From the NCBI RefSeq assembly GCF_009914755.1, contig NC_060938.1: a DNA stretch of 64,000 nucleotides; one strand, 5' to 3'. The position numbers and the translations under genes are program-made. Positions within the stretch are counted from its first letter, which is position 1. Each line of letters opens with the position of its first letter. Below are positions 14,277 through 28,056 of this stretch, one piece after another. A model generated the notes under the pieces. It saw only the letters and a list, made by a program, of their open reading frames with translations. It searched no databases and was not told the origin of the DNA. Source of the DNA: the human T2T-CHM13v2.0 reference genome, Homo sapiens.

Positions 14277-15959
14277 GAGTAAATGGCAGGAAGGCCAATG
14301 AGCTTCATCTACATGGTATAGAGAAGACTTCTCTGAACACGAAGAATTGAATATTCTATCGTGGGTTGAACTGTGATGTTATGATTCAGGCCTTTGATAT
14401 TGATAGACACTATAAAAATTGTACGCTTGACCTAGCAACGTTAGTGGAAAAATGGAAAGATTTGCTCAGTCTTCATTTCTTATGTCTGTAGGACTAACAG
14501 CAACTTGACTTGTTCATATAATTGACTGATTATTTTTGAAACTGATAGTCAATTTGGTACTATCCAGACACAGCCAGAGAGGAGAAACTGTTCGTTTTTG
14601 TTTATTTTGGATTGGTGGCTCCCTAAACCAAGACCAATGGCTCTTAAATTTATAGGGTGGATGAAACATTTTCAACACTTCAATAGGGAAAACAAATTCA
14701 CTTGAGACTCGAATAACTGAAACATAGTAATGTTTTTTCCCCTCCATTTATAGCCTCGGAAAAGCTAAGCACAGTTGTCCAGAATAATCTAGATTAACCA
14801 TCAGGCTTTAAATTTATTATAAATATATGATTTTTGGTAAGTTTGTAGCCAAACCTGCTCATTTTATCCCCCTGGGTCATTGATAATAATTAAGAGGCCA
14901 TGCTTGTTACTTTCTATGGGGACCAAAATCAAGACTGTATTTTGATTAAGCTCATAATATGTGCCAATGAGCAGGATTTGTTTAAGTTGGCAGATTTTCA
15001 TGCTTGTGTGAAATATTTTTTATTTTCCTGCCACTAATTATGTTATTATTAAGTTACATCCACTGGAGTATAATTATCTGTTGTATAATACTTTTTATAC
15101 ATGGGTCTCTAGAAATTTGCCACTTCAGTAGTGCTGACTGAGACTTTGCTGCACCTTCTTAATGATAGAACTTTCTCTGACACAGTTTGGCTTATCTTCT
15201 TTTCCCTAGGAACTCCTCAATAATCATTTCAAAAGAATAAAATCCTAGTCTAATATGTTTATCTTGCAGATAGGTTTTTTTTTTTAATCTGGCCCTTATG
15301 AATTCTGGGGCAATCATGACTGTAGTGGGTTCCAGGGTTGAAGAAGCCCACTCCACCATGGTAGTGGGAGACGTCACCAAGAGATGGCACTGGGAGTCCA
15401 TTTTCATCTTCGTTTATATTTTGATAACTTTTAGTTTTTCCAGGGTAACAGACCAATGGAACTCTGACATAGGTTTCACAATGGCACCACCTATTTCGCC
15501 TATTCTTGTACTTCGCTATGTCTTAGATAGTTATACAGTTATACATATAGTTATACAGTTTTCTTTGTCTCTGAGACTAGGGAGCTTTTTACTAGTTCAT
15601 GGGTTGAGGGGACCATTGTGTCCCCCAGGATAGCCCAATCTTGATTCCTCCTCTCTCTCATCCCCCACATTTCAGCCTAACTGCCACGATGCCAAAGGCC
15701 ATGCCTGTTTTCCCCCATCATTTGATTCCCAAGAATCCAGGTTAATGTCTGGCACCTAACATATTTGCTGAAAGAAATAACAAAAGACATCTTTCCCCTC
15801 CTGTGGCTTCTGAAATCCTTCTTGAAAATGGCATTTTTCTCTCTGTGGAGCTCGTTTTATAGTTCTGGAAATTAAGTAGTTGGATTCGATCACCTTTTAG
15901 TTTTTTGGCTGCTCTAGGATTCTGTGAATTTCAATATATACCTTATGATTGATTTAGTC

Positions 15960-16720
<761 letters not shown>

Positions 16721-17387
16721 CGTCAAAGTGGAGTGGGGACAACCTAGAGATAACATTACTAATTCATCATGAAAACATTGGCAAGAGTGGTATTTGAAAA
16801 GTATTCTTGGGACAAAGGGCAAAAGGTTGAAAATTCATTCTTGACCTTAGTCCATCTTCTACATTATCAACCCCGAAAGCAGACAAACCTTGCAGAAGGT
16901 TTGGGTATTGCAAAAAATATCCTTATATAAGGGCCAGGAAATTAAAAAAAGAAAGAGAAAGTTCTACAGCATTTAATCCAAAATGGATTCACTGGGGAGG
17001 TCTTTCTTCTTGAAAGCAATTATACTTTACAACGTGTTCTTTTCCCTGGTATTTCCATTTCCCATGATGCCTGACTTCATTAAGGAAGGCAGAAAGCAGG
17101 ATTTTCTGTGATGTGCTGGTAGAATTATATCTTCCGAGCTGCAACTAATTATTTTGATGAAAACAAAAAGCACAGTATAGCGCCATATGAGAAGAAGATC
17201 AATGCTTGCATACTGGCCAAACTCAACAAGGAAGAAAACAAAGAAAAAAGTAACAAAAATAAAACACATTGTTTTATTAATCACATTTTGTTTATATAAA
17301 ACAATAAGCTAGGAGAAGATAACTTGGCTTAATGACAGGTCAGAATGCCATTTGAGAAAATCCTTATTGTAGCTTTGCCCATGTATT

Positions 17388-17427
17388 TCTCTCTCTCTGT
17401 CTCTCTCTATCTCTCTTTCTCTCTTTC

Positions 17428-17475
<48 letters not shown>

Positions 17476-17496
17476 ACTCTCTATGTGTGTGTGTGT
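17388..17496. repeat. Compound (TC)n/(TG)n microsatellite
   Basis: Long imperfect tctctc tract followed by tgtgtg. Confidence 0.95.
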
Positions 17497-18120
17497 CTCC
17501 TCAGGCAAGTTATTTGCTTATTCTGTTACCATCTCAATTTCCTCAGTTTATAAAATGAGAATATGTATGTTTATTGTTATCATATCTCAAGAAATGCAGA
17601 CAAAATATAGTTGTAGTTAATGAAAAATGCTGGAAAAACAAACTGCATTGTTACTGTGGTTTCTTTTCTATAATAATAATAATAAACTCAAAGTAAACCA
17701 AGCTTATCTTTGTAGGTGTGAGAAAAACTGGGCTCTAGTGTTAGCTGTTCTCTGACAAGACTGAGTGTTTGGTCAAGTCTTCTCCATTCTGGGAGTCCTA
17801 CCCAGGGCAATTAGGGTTTTATCAGATCAACATTGAAGGCCTTCCCTGCTCTGAGGTTTTGTGATTTTAAATATGTTTCAATCCTTAATATTTTCACAAT
17901 GTATTTTGACTGTATAAATTCAGGGACCTATGATTTATCTCCCAAATAATGTTCTGATCATTGTAAGCAAAGAAGGATAGGAAGTGATTATAAAATAAAT
18001 ACATGGCATCTGTTTTCAGAGAACACAAAGCCTTTGTATCTACCAAATCCTTTCCACCTCTTGTCACTTTAAGAAACAAAATTGTCGTTGGTATTAGAGG
18101 CATGATTGGTCTGTTGGAAG

Positions 18121-18272
18121 TTTTTGCTGCTCAAGTGTGGTCTGTGGTACAGCAACATCCACATCACCTGGGATCTTGTTAGAAGTACAGAATCTCAAGC
18201 CCTGCTGAAGACTACAGAGTCAGAATATTCAATGTTACCAGGGACCTATGTGAATCATTTGTACATTAAAAT
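18121..18272. mobile_element. MER5A hAT-Charlie MITE
   Basis: ctcaagtgtggtc...cagcaacatccacatcacctgggatcttgttagaagtacagaatctca. Confidence 0.8.
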
Positions 18273-18282
18273 GCCTATTTTA

Positions 18283-18580
18283 GGCTGGGTGAGGTGGCTC
18301 ACACCTGCAATCCTAGAACTTTGGGAGGTAGATGTAAGAGGATTGCTTGAGGCAAGGAATTCAAGACCAGCCTGGGCAACATAGCGAGATCTCATTTCTA
18401 CAGATAAAACATAAAATAAAAAATTAGTTGGGTGTGGTGGCATGTATAGCCGTAGCTACTCAGGAGGCTCAGGCAGGGATCATTTGAGCCCAAGAATTGA
18501 AGGCTGCAGTGAGCCATGATTGTACCACTGCACTTCAGCCTAGGTGACAGAGTGAGACCCAGCCTTTAGATAAAAAAAAA
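18283..18580 (+). mobile_element. Alu (AluJ-type)
   Basis: aggattgcttgaggcaaggaattcaagaccagcctgggcaacatagcgaga (J diagnostics); TSD core cctatttta. Confidence 0.95.
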
Positions 18581-20339
18581 GAAGTCCTATTTTAAATGAG
18601 TGATCAGTAAAGGGAGCTATTGCAAATTATTCATTCTAATCCCAAACAGAGTGACAAAGTTGTTACTACAAGAGACCCAACTCACCCCCACTGGTTGTTC
18701 TTGGTCCATGCACTGAAATTAGTTTTCTGAATCACTTATAAAATATTGAACCATCCAAGATTTGGTACTTTCCCTTTAGCTTTAGAACTGAGTCAGTAAC
18801 CCATATTGCTGTTAGAAGTTACCCTTCAATCTTCAAACTGTAACTCACATTTCTGCTTGCTGAGATGAACATATTTGAAGACATGTTCATGCTGGGAAAA
18901 AACATTCACCTCAATTCCTCATCTAAAGGCTATAGAATTGATAAGCAATCTTTCTATCCATTTTTCAAAGTAAAATTCAAAATCACTTTCCTTCTCTTTT
19001 GCATGCAGTGAATGCTGAATTGTCTGTGTGAGTGTGTGTGCACGTGCATGTGTGTGTGTGTACATAAAAAAGGAAGCAGGTGAACATCAGCTTCTGTTTA
19101 ACTGAAAATGTACTTATTTTTGTTCTGTGTTTTGAGTCACAATGCAGTAGTCTCACCAATGATTGTCTGGAATAGATTTTTTCCACTATTATTAGGATCT
19201 GAAATTGGATAGATGGCTTTTGTACCACAGAGGTGGTGACTTCACAATAGAAGGTAAAAATGAGCCACCTGGAATGCTGTTCTGTTGCTCATTTCAGCTG
19301 AGGTCTGCTATATGGCTCTGGAAGGTTAGATGTACTTTCAATATATCACTTGGATGCTTCTTTTTAGAGAAAAATGACCAGTGAATCTCAAAAGAATGCA
19401 TGTAAGCCATGCCCTTAACTTAAGTAGAAGCAGACCAGAGACCACACAGGGCAGAAGAAAATCTTATTGGCAAGAAGTGGAAAATGTTCTGAAGTCACCA
19501 GGGTGATATTTGAATTGGACTGCAAGAGAAGTCAATAGACCTCAGAATGCGGCTTTAAGAGCTGAATATTTCTGAACTGATGCTGTACTTATTGTGAATC
19601 TAGAGACTTCATTTATAATACCACAAACTGTTCTGGTAAGACTATATAGGAAAGGAGCTCTTCAAGAAACAGAAAACCACACTGACAGATCCTTTGGGCC
19701 CAAGGCTCCAATAATAACCCAACACATTCAGCTCTTTGTCTTGAATAGGTGATCTTATGGGGAAGAAGTAAGAAGTGGGGAGATATTCAAAACAGTTGGT
19801 TAATTATATTCATTTGGTCATGGGCTTGATGTATGTTAGAGCTTCACAATATTTTAGATTTCCTGGAAAAAACCTTGAAGATATGCTAGTTAATTCATTT
19901 ATTTTACAGATTAGTCCACTAAGTCCCAATGAGTCTGAATGACAGGGAAAAGTAAGAGTTGGTAGCACATTTTGGATTAGAACTTGGGTTTTTTTGAATT
20001 TCAGGGCATTGACATTTTGCTACATGAGAAGACGTAAGCAAGGCTATTAGAGGATATAAGACATAGGAGAGGGTTAAGCCATAAAAACTTAAAGCAGACC
20101 TACAAATTACAAGAACTTGGGTTCAATTGTTCCAGACTGAAGATGTCCATTTGCCTAGCAATCAACACAATGATACAAAGGATCTGAGATTTTCTAGCCT
20201 GGTATACGTGTGTGGCAAAGGCTTCCATGACCAAGTAGAATGAATGGACATTTGCGTATTGAACTAATAAAGTGGTATTAGGGAACTCTTTCTACCTCCC
20301 AGAAGGTAGAGTGTGGTGAGGGTGCTTCCATCTCTTCAA

Positions 20340-20740
20340 GGATCATTCCTTTGTTCAATAAATCGATCTTAACTTTGAGCCAGCATCTACTTTAAGTAGT
20401 AGTAATATGAAAATAAACAACACACCTCATCCACAGAAAACTTATAATTCAACAGAGTAGAGAGGTAGATAACCAATTCAGTTATTCAATGTATTCGTTG
20501 AACTCTCTGTTAGGCACTCTGTCAGGAAATGCAATAAAGAACAAGATAGACACATTCCCTAGACTCAAGGAGCATGCTATATAGCCTTGATAGCAGACAT
20601 TAAAGAAATTCGCATATAATTAGTACTGTGATAAAGATTTACATCTGGATTCTGGGAGCACAGAGTAGGGGTGTGTGACACAAGTGAGGATGTTGGTCAG
20701 GGAAATGTTTTACTTAAGTTCAGTCATGAAGAGCAGTGAT
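20340..20740 (-). mobile_element. L2 fragments
   Basis: cattcctttgttcaataaat, aacaagatagacacattccctagactcaaggagc. Confidence 0.55.
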
Positions 20741-21363
20741 TGATTGAGCAGGAGATATCCCTCAGGGTTGATGGTGTCCCTAAATTGTTGGAGGCTCTTT
20801 TCATAAGCCATGGAATGCCTTTGAGAACACACGTTGATGAAGATAGACTTGCTTCCTGAGCTTGAAACAATTCCTTCCCACTAGGGCCATGGAACTTGAA
20901 TGAGACAATCATTTCCTTTGATTTCTTTGGCTAGGAAGAGAATTTTTGGCCCATTCCCCAGAAGGCTGTTTTCCACATTCATCACTTTGTGTGACAGCTC
21001 AGCCATGTGATTAGCAGGTACTGACTTAAGCAGGAAACATCCTGCTGGATGTAACTGGACCAGGGGGCTTATTGTTCTGGGCTGTTTCCATTGGAATAAT
21101 GGAGACCTGAGATGATTTGTTTTTGTTTCTTCTCTCAAAATGCTCCTGTCTGTGGCTTTGGGAGTCTGAGTCAGGCTCTCAAAGACTGTTAAGGTTTCTG
21201 GAGAGTCTGTGGTTGCCAAATGGAGTAATTTAACTCAGAAGATGGTTTACAGATGAAGAAACTGAAGTGTAGAGAGGTGAAGAGGAGCTATTCAAGGTGG
21301 GATGATGAATTAATAACTGAGCTGCCCAAACTCATGACTCCTGTCTCTGGAACCCAGTCTAAA

Positions 21364-22076
21364 TTTTTTTTTTTTTTGTAACTTTAAGTTCTTGGATACA
21401 CGTGCAGAACATGCAGGTTTGTTACATAGGTATACGTGTGCCATGGTGGTTTGCTGCACCCATCAACCCTTCATCTAGGTTTTAAGCCCCACATGCATTA
21501 GGTATTTGTCCTAATGCTCTCTCTCCCCTTGCTCTCCACCCACCGACAGGCCCTGGTGTGTGATGTTCCACTCTCTGTGTCCATGTATTCTCATTGTTCA
21601 ACTTCCACTAAAGAGTGAGAACATGTGGTTGGTTTTCTGTCCCTGTATTAGTTTGCTGAGAATGATGGCTTCCCGCCTTCATCCATGTCCCTGCAAAGGA
21701 CATGAATTCATTCTTTTTTATGGCTACATAGTATTCCGTGTTGTATATGTGGCACATTTTCTTTATCCAATCTACTATTGATGGGCATTTGGTTTGGTTT
21801 CATGTCTTTGCTATCGTAAATAGTGCTGCAATAAACATACGTGTGCATGTGTGTTTTTAGTAGAATGATTTATAATGCTTTGGGTATATACCCAGTAATG
21901 GGATTGCTGGGTCAAATGGTATTTCTGATTCGGAGGCATCACCACACTGTCTTCCACAATGGTTGAACTAATTTACACTCCCACCAACAGTGTAAAAGCG
22001 TTCCTATTTCTCCACAGCCTTGCCAGTATCTGTTGTTTCCTGACTTTTAATAATCGCCATTCTGACTGGCATGAGA
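21364..22076 (-). mobile_element. L1 3' end (L1PA8-like), 5'-truncated
   Basis: poly-T, gtgcagaacatgcaggtttgttacataggtatacgtgtgccatggtgg, tcatctaggttttaagcccc; ORF2 C-terminus in reverse; possible TSD ccagtct. Confidence 0.95.
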
Positions 22077-22644
22077 GGAGCAACCCACCTGCCAGTCTTT
22101 CTCCTGGAGGTTTAACTGAGACGTAATTCTGAGTGTTTAATGCAGTTTTCTTAAAGCAAAATATAGCAGTGATAGCAGAAACTAGATATGTTTCATCTTT
22201 GTATCTTTAATCTTTAACACAGTATTGGCATGTAGTAGGGTTCTAATGTACATTTTTCAAATTGAATAAAAAAGGTATAATTTTGGTCAATGGAATTTGC
22301 AATCTTGTCTCATTAATGCCACTATCCAGCTGTGTGATCTTAGCTTTTCTAAGCTTCTGTTCTCTCGGCAGCAAAATAACAGCATTTGTCCATTCATTCT
22401 TTCAGTGAACATTTATTGATCTATTACTAAATTTCAGGAAACATAGAAGTCTGTAGATGGTGATGAAAGAAACAGTTTCTGCTCATTGTGGCTTCCTGTA
22501 TACCAAGGATGAGAGACAGTTAAAAAAGCTACTGTAATAGAAGCCTACTCATCCACCATGATGGAGACCAACAGTTACTTGATTAATAAAATGGAGTCAA
22601 AGTGAGGGATTATAAAAGTTTCCTTGAACATACTATTATTATTA

Positions 22645-23083
22645 ATTTGTTTTTAAATTGTAAAATACACATGATATAAAATTTTCTATTTTAGCTATTA
22701 TAAAATGTACAGTTCAGTGACATGAAGTATATTCCCCTTGTTGTAAAAACATCACCGCCATTCATCTCCAGGACATTTTTATCTTCCCAAACGGAGACTC
22801 TGTACCCACTGAACAATAACTCCACAATTTCCCTTTGCCCTTGGAAACCACCATTCTATTTTCGGTCTTTGTAAGTTTGATTACTTTATATGAGTGAAAT
22901 TATATAATCTATAACCTTCTGTTACTGGGTTATTCCACTTAGCATAATGCCTTCAAGGTTCATCCATATAGTAGCATATGTGACATTTTCTTTCTTTTTA
23001 AGGCTGAGTAATATTCCATTGTATGTATATACCACATCTTAAAAATCTACACATCCATTGATTGACATTTAGGTTGCTTTCAA
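22645..23083 (-). mobile_element. L1MB-type 3' fragment
   Basis: tgtacagttcagtgacat...atcttcccaaacggagactctgtaccc...tttttaaggctgagtaatattccattgtatg. Confidence 0.85.
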
Positions 23084-23659
23084 CATATTATTTTAATGTA
23101 GACATTTTAATGAGGACTGCTAATTAAAGTTTTCTGTCATTATTCTTACATAATATCTCATCTAACATTTCCAGTTTTGGCTTCTTTATTGGGGAGAGAG
23201 AATCTAAGCACTTGTGAAGCCATGTGAGTACAGATGTCTAGATTTAAAATAATTTTTTCCAAGTCTTTTACATCAGTCTTGATCATAACAAATGATTGAC
23301 TCATTTTTGGCAACTTGCTTTAATCTATTCTTTTATGGAAATGATTCTGTTACTTAGTCACATTTCCTTAGTTATGTACAATCTAATTAAATTATGTAAT
23401 TAGAATAACAATTATCCCTGACATACAAAATTATGGAAACAAACACAATGGTTCTTGGTGGACGTAGACCTCAAATAATGGAAGCCAAAGGATACAGGTC
23501 TGTTAGAGAGCAGTCAACTAGCCAAAAGTGATCTGTACCCTGTGGGTATTAGAGTTTTTTTCAGGAAGAGTTGAAAGGACTGGTTAATCCAGTTGATTAC
23601 CTTAGTGGATGTTGTTTTTAAAGAACTTCTGCTGTTAAGAAAAGTGTTGGTGCTATTAG

Positions 23660-24230
23660 AGGGTTATACACAGAAGGATTTGGAAGCACAGGGCTTCTAG
23701 GAACTTAGTCAAGAGATGAAGAAGCATATCCACAGGTATTCAGATTCATCTTGAAGAATGGGGAAAAATTAGCCAGACAAAATTAGGGAAGATATTCTTA
23801 CTAGAAGGAATAACCAGCACAATGGTATGAAACAGCAAAAACATATGGGACACTGAAGTATTGTTTTATGATGGGAGTAAAAGCTGCACTTCTTAATTTA
23901 AAAAGAGCTTGTTATGTGTCAGGCACTGGGGGATGCAAGCTCAACAAAATAGACAAGCAATTACCCACATGAAGCTTACTGTCTAGAGGGGAAGAGAGAT
24001 ACTTTTCAAACACAAATGAATAGGACACTATGGAAAATGCTAGAAAAGACAAACAGAAGATGTAAATGAAAGCCTGCAATGGGACAAGCAATATATCACA
24101 AATTTCGGGGCAAGGAGCCATACACTGGCTTTGGCAAAAAATTGAAAAGGTTAGAGGTGATGTTGAATATTTCAGAAAGAAAAACCCACATATGCAAAGA
24201 CCATGTGACAAGAGGCATTAGGACAAGTAA
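23660..24230 (-). mobile_element. L2 fragments
   Basis: tatgtgtcaggcactgggggatgca...gaagcttactgtctagagggga; purine-rich L2 reverse strand. Confidence 0.6.
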
Positions 24231-25369
24231 GAGAGCAAGTTGGACAAGTACAGACAAGGTCCTTGTGCAATAGTAAAACCTGTAATATTGGAGCTAGGTG
24301 ATTTCTAAGCCTTCAGTTCATTTCTAAACTTTATCATTCTCCAAATGTTCTATATGCCAATCAGCATATTCCTTCCTGCCTTTCTCCATCCTACAATTGT
24401 ATTTCTTTCATGCTTTTAGGGATACAAGGAATGCACCTCAACTGTATGGTAGTTCCAGTGTTCTACAGGATTCTAATGACTTGTCAAAGAAAGTGAATCT
24501 CTGGTGACTTAAAAAAGACATGAGCTTTTTTTTTGTGTATGTATGGATTTTCTCTACAGCTTCACCTTGCTTAGCAGCAAGTACAAGAAGTCATTCGATA
24601 CAGCTTCCTGAGTCCAGATTAGACCATTTCTACTGTCTGCTAAGTACTCTGATCCTAATTGCTTGGGTTACTCCAATGCAGCACACTCAATCCTGGAAGC
24701 AGACAAAGTAGGCTTTTCCCCCTGTTCCCCTCTTGTGTAGCTAGTATATCACACTGGATTAAATGATGACAGCTGATCATGGTTTATCCTCAGTCTATTG
24801 GTTTAGTTTCTCTTGTGGAATAGTTATACTTCGCTCACAACAATTATTTCACTCAATGTATCCTTTGTGGCCAAAACTTCCCTCTTGTTATAAAAACAGC
24901 TAATAGAAAATGACAGTGCCCACCCAAAATGATCAAAGTAAATTTCTTTGTTTCTTTTTAAAGGCAAGGTAAATATTGATTTCAAACATTCTCATGTTTA
25001 CTTTGTGTGTTCTCCCAGGGGCCAAATGGGTGAGCATGATGAGGTATCATAAATCACCAATATTAATAATATTGTTTGAAAGTGTCATTATAGAAATACT
25101 ACATAATGATAATGAATGCAGGGAGATTCACCTTTGGTCTACTGCCAAAATTACATTATTTCCCTTAATTTTATATGTGAAATGTGTTTTAAAATCTCTG
25201 ATCCATTCTAAGATGTTGCTGCTTAAGTTATGGATTTAATTTTGAAATGGTACTTCTTGTATATCTTTGTACCAAATCAACTTAATCATATTTGAACCTT
25301 TCAGTTGCATTTCATAATCTTACATGTGTTTGCTGTAAAGCAAGAAGATGCTTCTGCTTGAATAATAAT

Positions 25370-25810
25370 ACATCCTTAGCATTCTGTAGCGCTGTGAAAC
25401 TACTTCTGGTTCCCCAAATATGATAAGACTTTTTTAATGTCTCTGGTTTTGACTCCGCCCTTTTGTCTCCTTAGGATGCTCTTCTTCTCCCTTGCCTCTT
25501 AAGCACCTACTCAGCCTTTAAGACTCAGCTCAGTTGTCACCTCCACTGGAAAGACTCTATCCTTTCCTAGGCATAAGTGCATGCCGCCCCCCATCCCCTC
25601 GCCCCGCTTGCCTGCAGTCTTAGAATAACACATATGCTTTATCACTCCTTGAAGTTATTCATTCAATTGTTATGGTACTAGATTTACTGTATTAGGCATA
25701 CTACAGAACTTCCTCGACAATGTTATCCACAAGTTGTGAACTCCCTAAGGCAAGAGGTTCTCTGACACTGAATAGGAACTCAGTAAATCTTTGCTGAATG
25801 TATAGATCAG
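25370..25810 (+). mobile_element. L2 3' fragment
   Basis: ctactcagcctttaagactcagctcagttgtcacctcc...tgtgaactccc...ctcagtaaatctttgctgaatg. Confidence 0.7.
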
Positions 25811-25814
25811 TGAT

Positions 25815-26060
25815 AATAAGTGTGGCTAACCTGTATCGAATCATTATTTTTACCTAGTGAAAGCACCGTACTCTTGCCAATTTATTTAATGCTGAGAACA
25901 ATCTTGGTGCAGGTATCATTATGTGTATCTTACCTTTAAAATATCAAAGACATACCAAGGTTAATTAGTTTGCCCAAGGTCATTCAGCTACCAAGAAGGG
26001 AAGCTAATATTTGACCCCCAGTTCTGTATTCCTAAGGCCATATGAGCTGCTTCCCACTGA
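25815..26060 (-). mobile_element. MIR
   Basis: aaggttaattagtttgcccaaggtcattcagcta. Confidence 0.7.
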
Positions 26061-26210
26061 TATGATTTATGTTGAAATCATAGAAGCAGCTGGATAGAAA
26101 AAGTTAACTATTAATTAATCATAATTAAGAATAATAACTCATCTGACTAGTACTTTACCACTTCTTTTAATATGTAGCATATTATTCAATTAAAAAGCAT
26201 AATTTTATTG

Positions 26211-26236
<26 letters not shown>
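26211..26236. repeat. (TA)13 microsatellite
   Basis: Perfect dinucleotide run. Confidence 0.95.
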
Positions 26237-26241
<5 letters not shown>

Positions 26242-26580
26242 CCTTTCCAATTTGGAGGAATTACCAATAAAATACAAATAAACAACCTTAAATTTCAACA
26301 TCCAGAGATAACTTTCTTCAAGATTCTTTAAAAAATAGATATCTGGGTGCATATTTTGTTTGTTTTCTCCCTGTATATGTACGTGTGTGTATGTGTGATG
26401 CTGTTCATGTTTCTTTAATAATATAGCAAATAATATCAGTAACTTTTCTTCATGTTCACAATATTTCATGGTATCCCATTTTGTGGTTGTGCCATAAATC
26501 ATTTCTTTGGCGTTTATATTGACTCATTCACTTTGATCCCTGAGGTTTTTGTTTTCTTGTAGCATTGCACCCATTTTTTT

Positions 26581-26596
26581 CCCCTAGGGGGCAGTA
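26581..26596 (+). promoter_or_regulatory. Candidate CTCF-binding motif
   Basis: CCCCTAGGGGGCAGTA, one mismatch to CCACTAGGGGGCAGTA. Confidence 0.45.
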
Positions 26597-27319
26597 GCTG
26601 AACCATTAGTTGTTCTACATCTGATTACTCCTCAGCTCATTTGCATGAGCCTTTTTCTCATTATAATATTATTAACACAGTCTATGCTCAGGCCACAGTT
26701 CAAACGTTGCTGGACCCTCTGCTCAATTAGGTCAAACTCCAACTGGATTACTGACCCTGTCCTCTTGGAGTCAGAGTGCAAACATTCCAAGTTTTCTTCT
26801 TTGCTTCTGCACCAGGTACTTGCTGACTTGTACATATTTCTTGGACTTTAATAACTCAACTCATTTTATTTTTTGTCAGTTAAATTGAAACCATTTTTTA
26901 ATCCATAAAAAATTCTTTTGATGAATAAAGCCTCTCAAAAAATTAGGTTGTTTGCAATGATCACTTAATTTTTCCGCAATACTGTGTGGTCTGTACAGCA
27001 GATATTACCATCATCACTCATTGACAGATAAGATTATGAAGTGTCAAGCAAATCAGTGATTTAACCAGTGACATTAGATCCTAATGGCAGTTTCAGAGCC
27101 TGAGGACCCAGGACTCCTAACGCCAAATGTGAATGTCTTACCTTTAGTCACATTAGCTCCAATGGTAAGAAATACTATGAATTTCTGAGCTATAGAAAGA
27201 AAGCATGGGTATCATTTTTGTTTACTGAATTACATTATGTTCTCAGTTTCAAATTTTAACTGACTTGAGAAGTGGTTAACTGGTTATGACTAAGTACAGA
27301 AACTGATATAAATTTTTAC

Positions 27320-27720
27320 TGTGATTCTCCTGTTAATCAGATTTCAATGACATTTCATTGCCTGCCTTCGGGATAAAGTTCAAAGTTTTTGATTTGGCAT
27401 TTAAGATACTTTACTCTCTGGGTTCAGTCTATCCTTTCTCATTCCATCATTTATTACTTCTTTACAGGAATACATTGTCTCATTTAAACTTCTTTCCTCA
27501 CTGTAGTCCAAATGCTTCATGGGTTATCTTTACCCTACACAGAACTTTAATGTTTAACCTTTCCCTCATTTACCTACCAATAAATGTCTTACGTAACATA
27601 GTTCACAGTTCAAGCTAATTGGCACCTCTCCCATAAAGCCTTTCCTTACCAGTCCAGCTAAAAGAGATCTCTTATTTCCTTAGAATCAGAGAGGATTTAG
27701 CATCTCTTGAATGAAATCTT
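27320..27720 (+). mobile_element. L2 fragment
   Basis: cattgcctgccttcgggataaagttcaaag...cacctctcccataaagcctttcct. Confidence 0.6.
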
Positions 27721-28056
27721 TATGCTGTATTTTCTTAAATAGATTACCTGTATTTAAAATGTTTCATTTATACCTCAAAGGGATCTTACCAATAATCTCT
27801 ACTTGAGAGAACTGCATTCTTAAAAAATAGTTTTGATTATTTGACTGCTAGGAAATTATAGATGTCAGGGACAACTTTAAATAAAGGGGCAAACAAATGC
27901 TTAACATGATTTTCAGAGCTCTAAGTTCATCTTCCTGTCTCAAAATATATCCTTTATCTCCAATGATGTCCGAAATGTCTTGCAGAAGTCGTGGTAGCTA
28001 TTAAAGATTAAATTATTTTGGAATTTCATTTTATATTTTAGAACAAAATACTTTAT

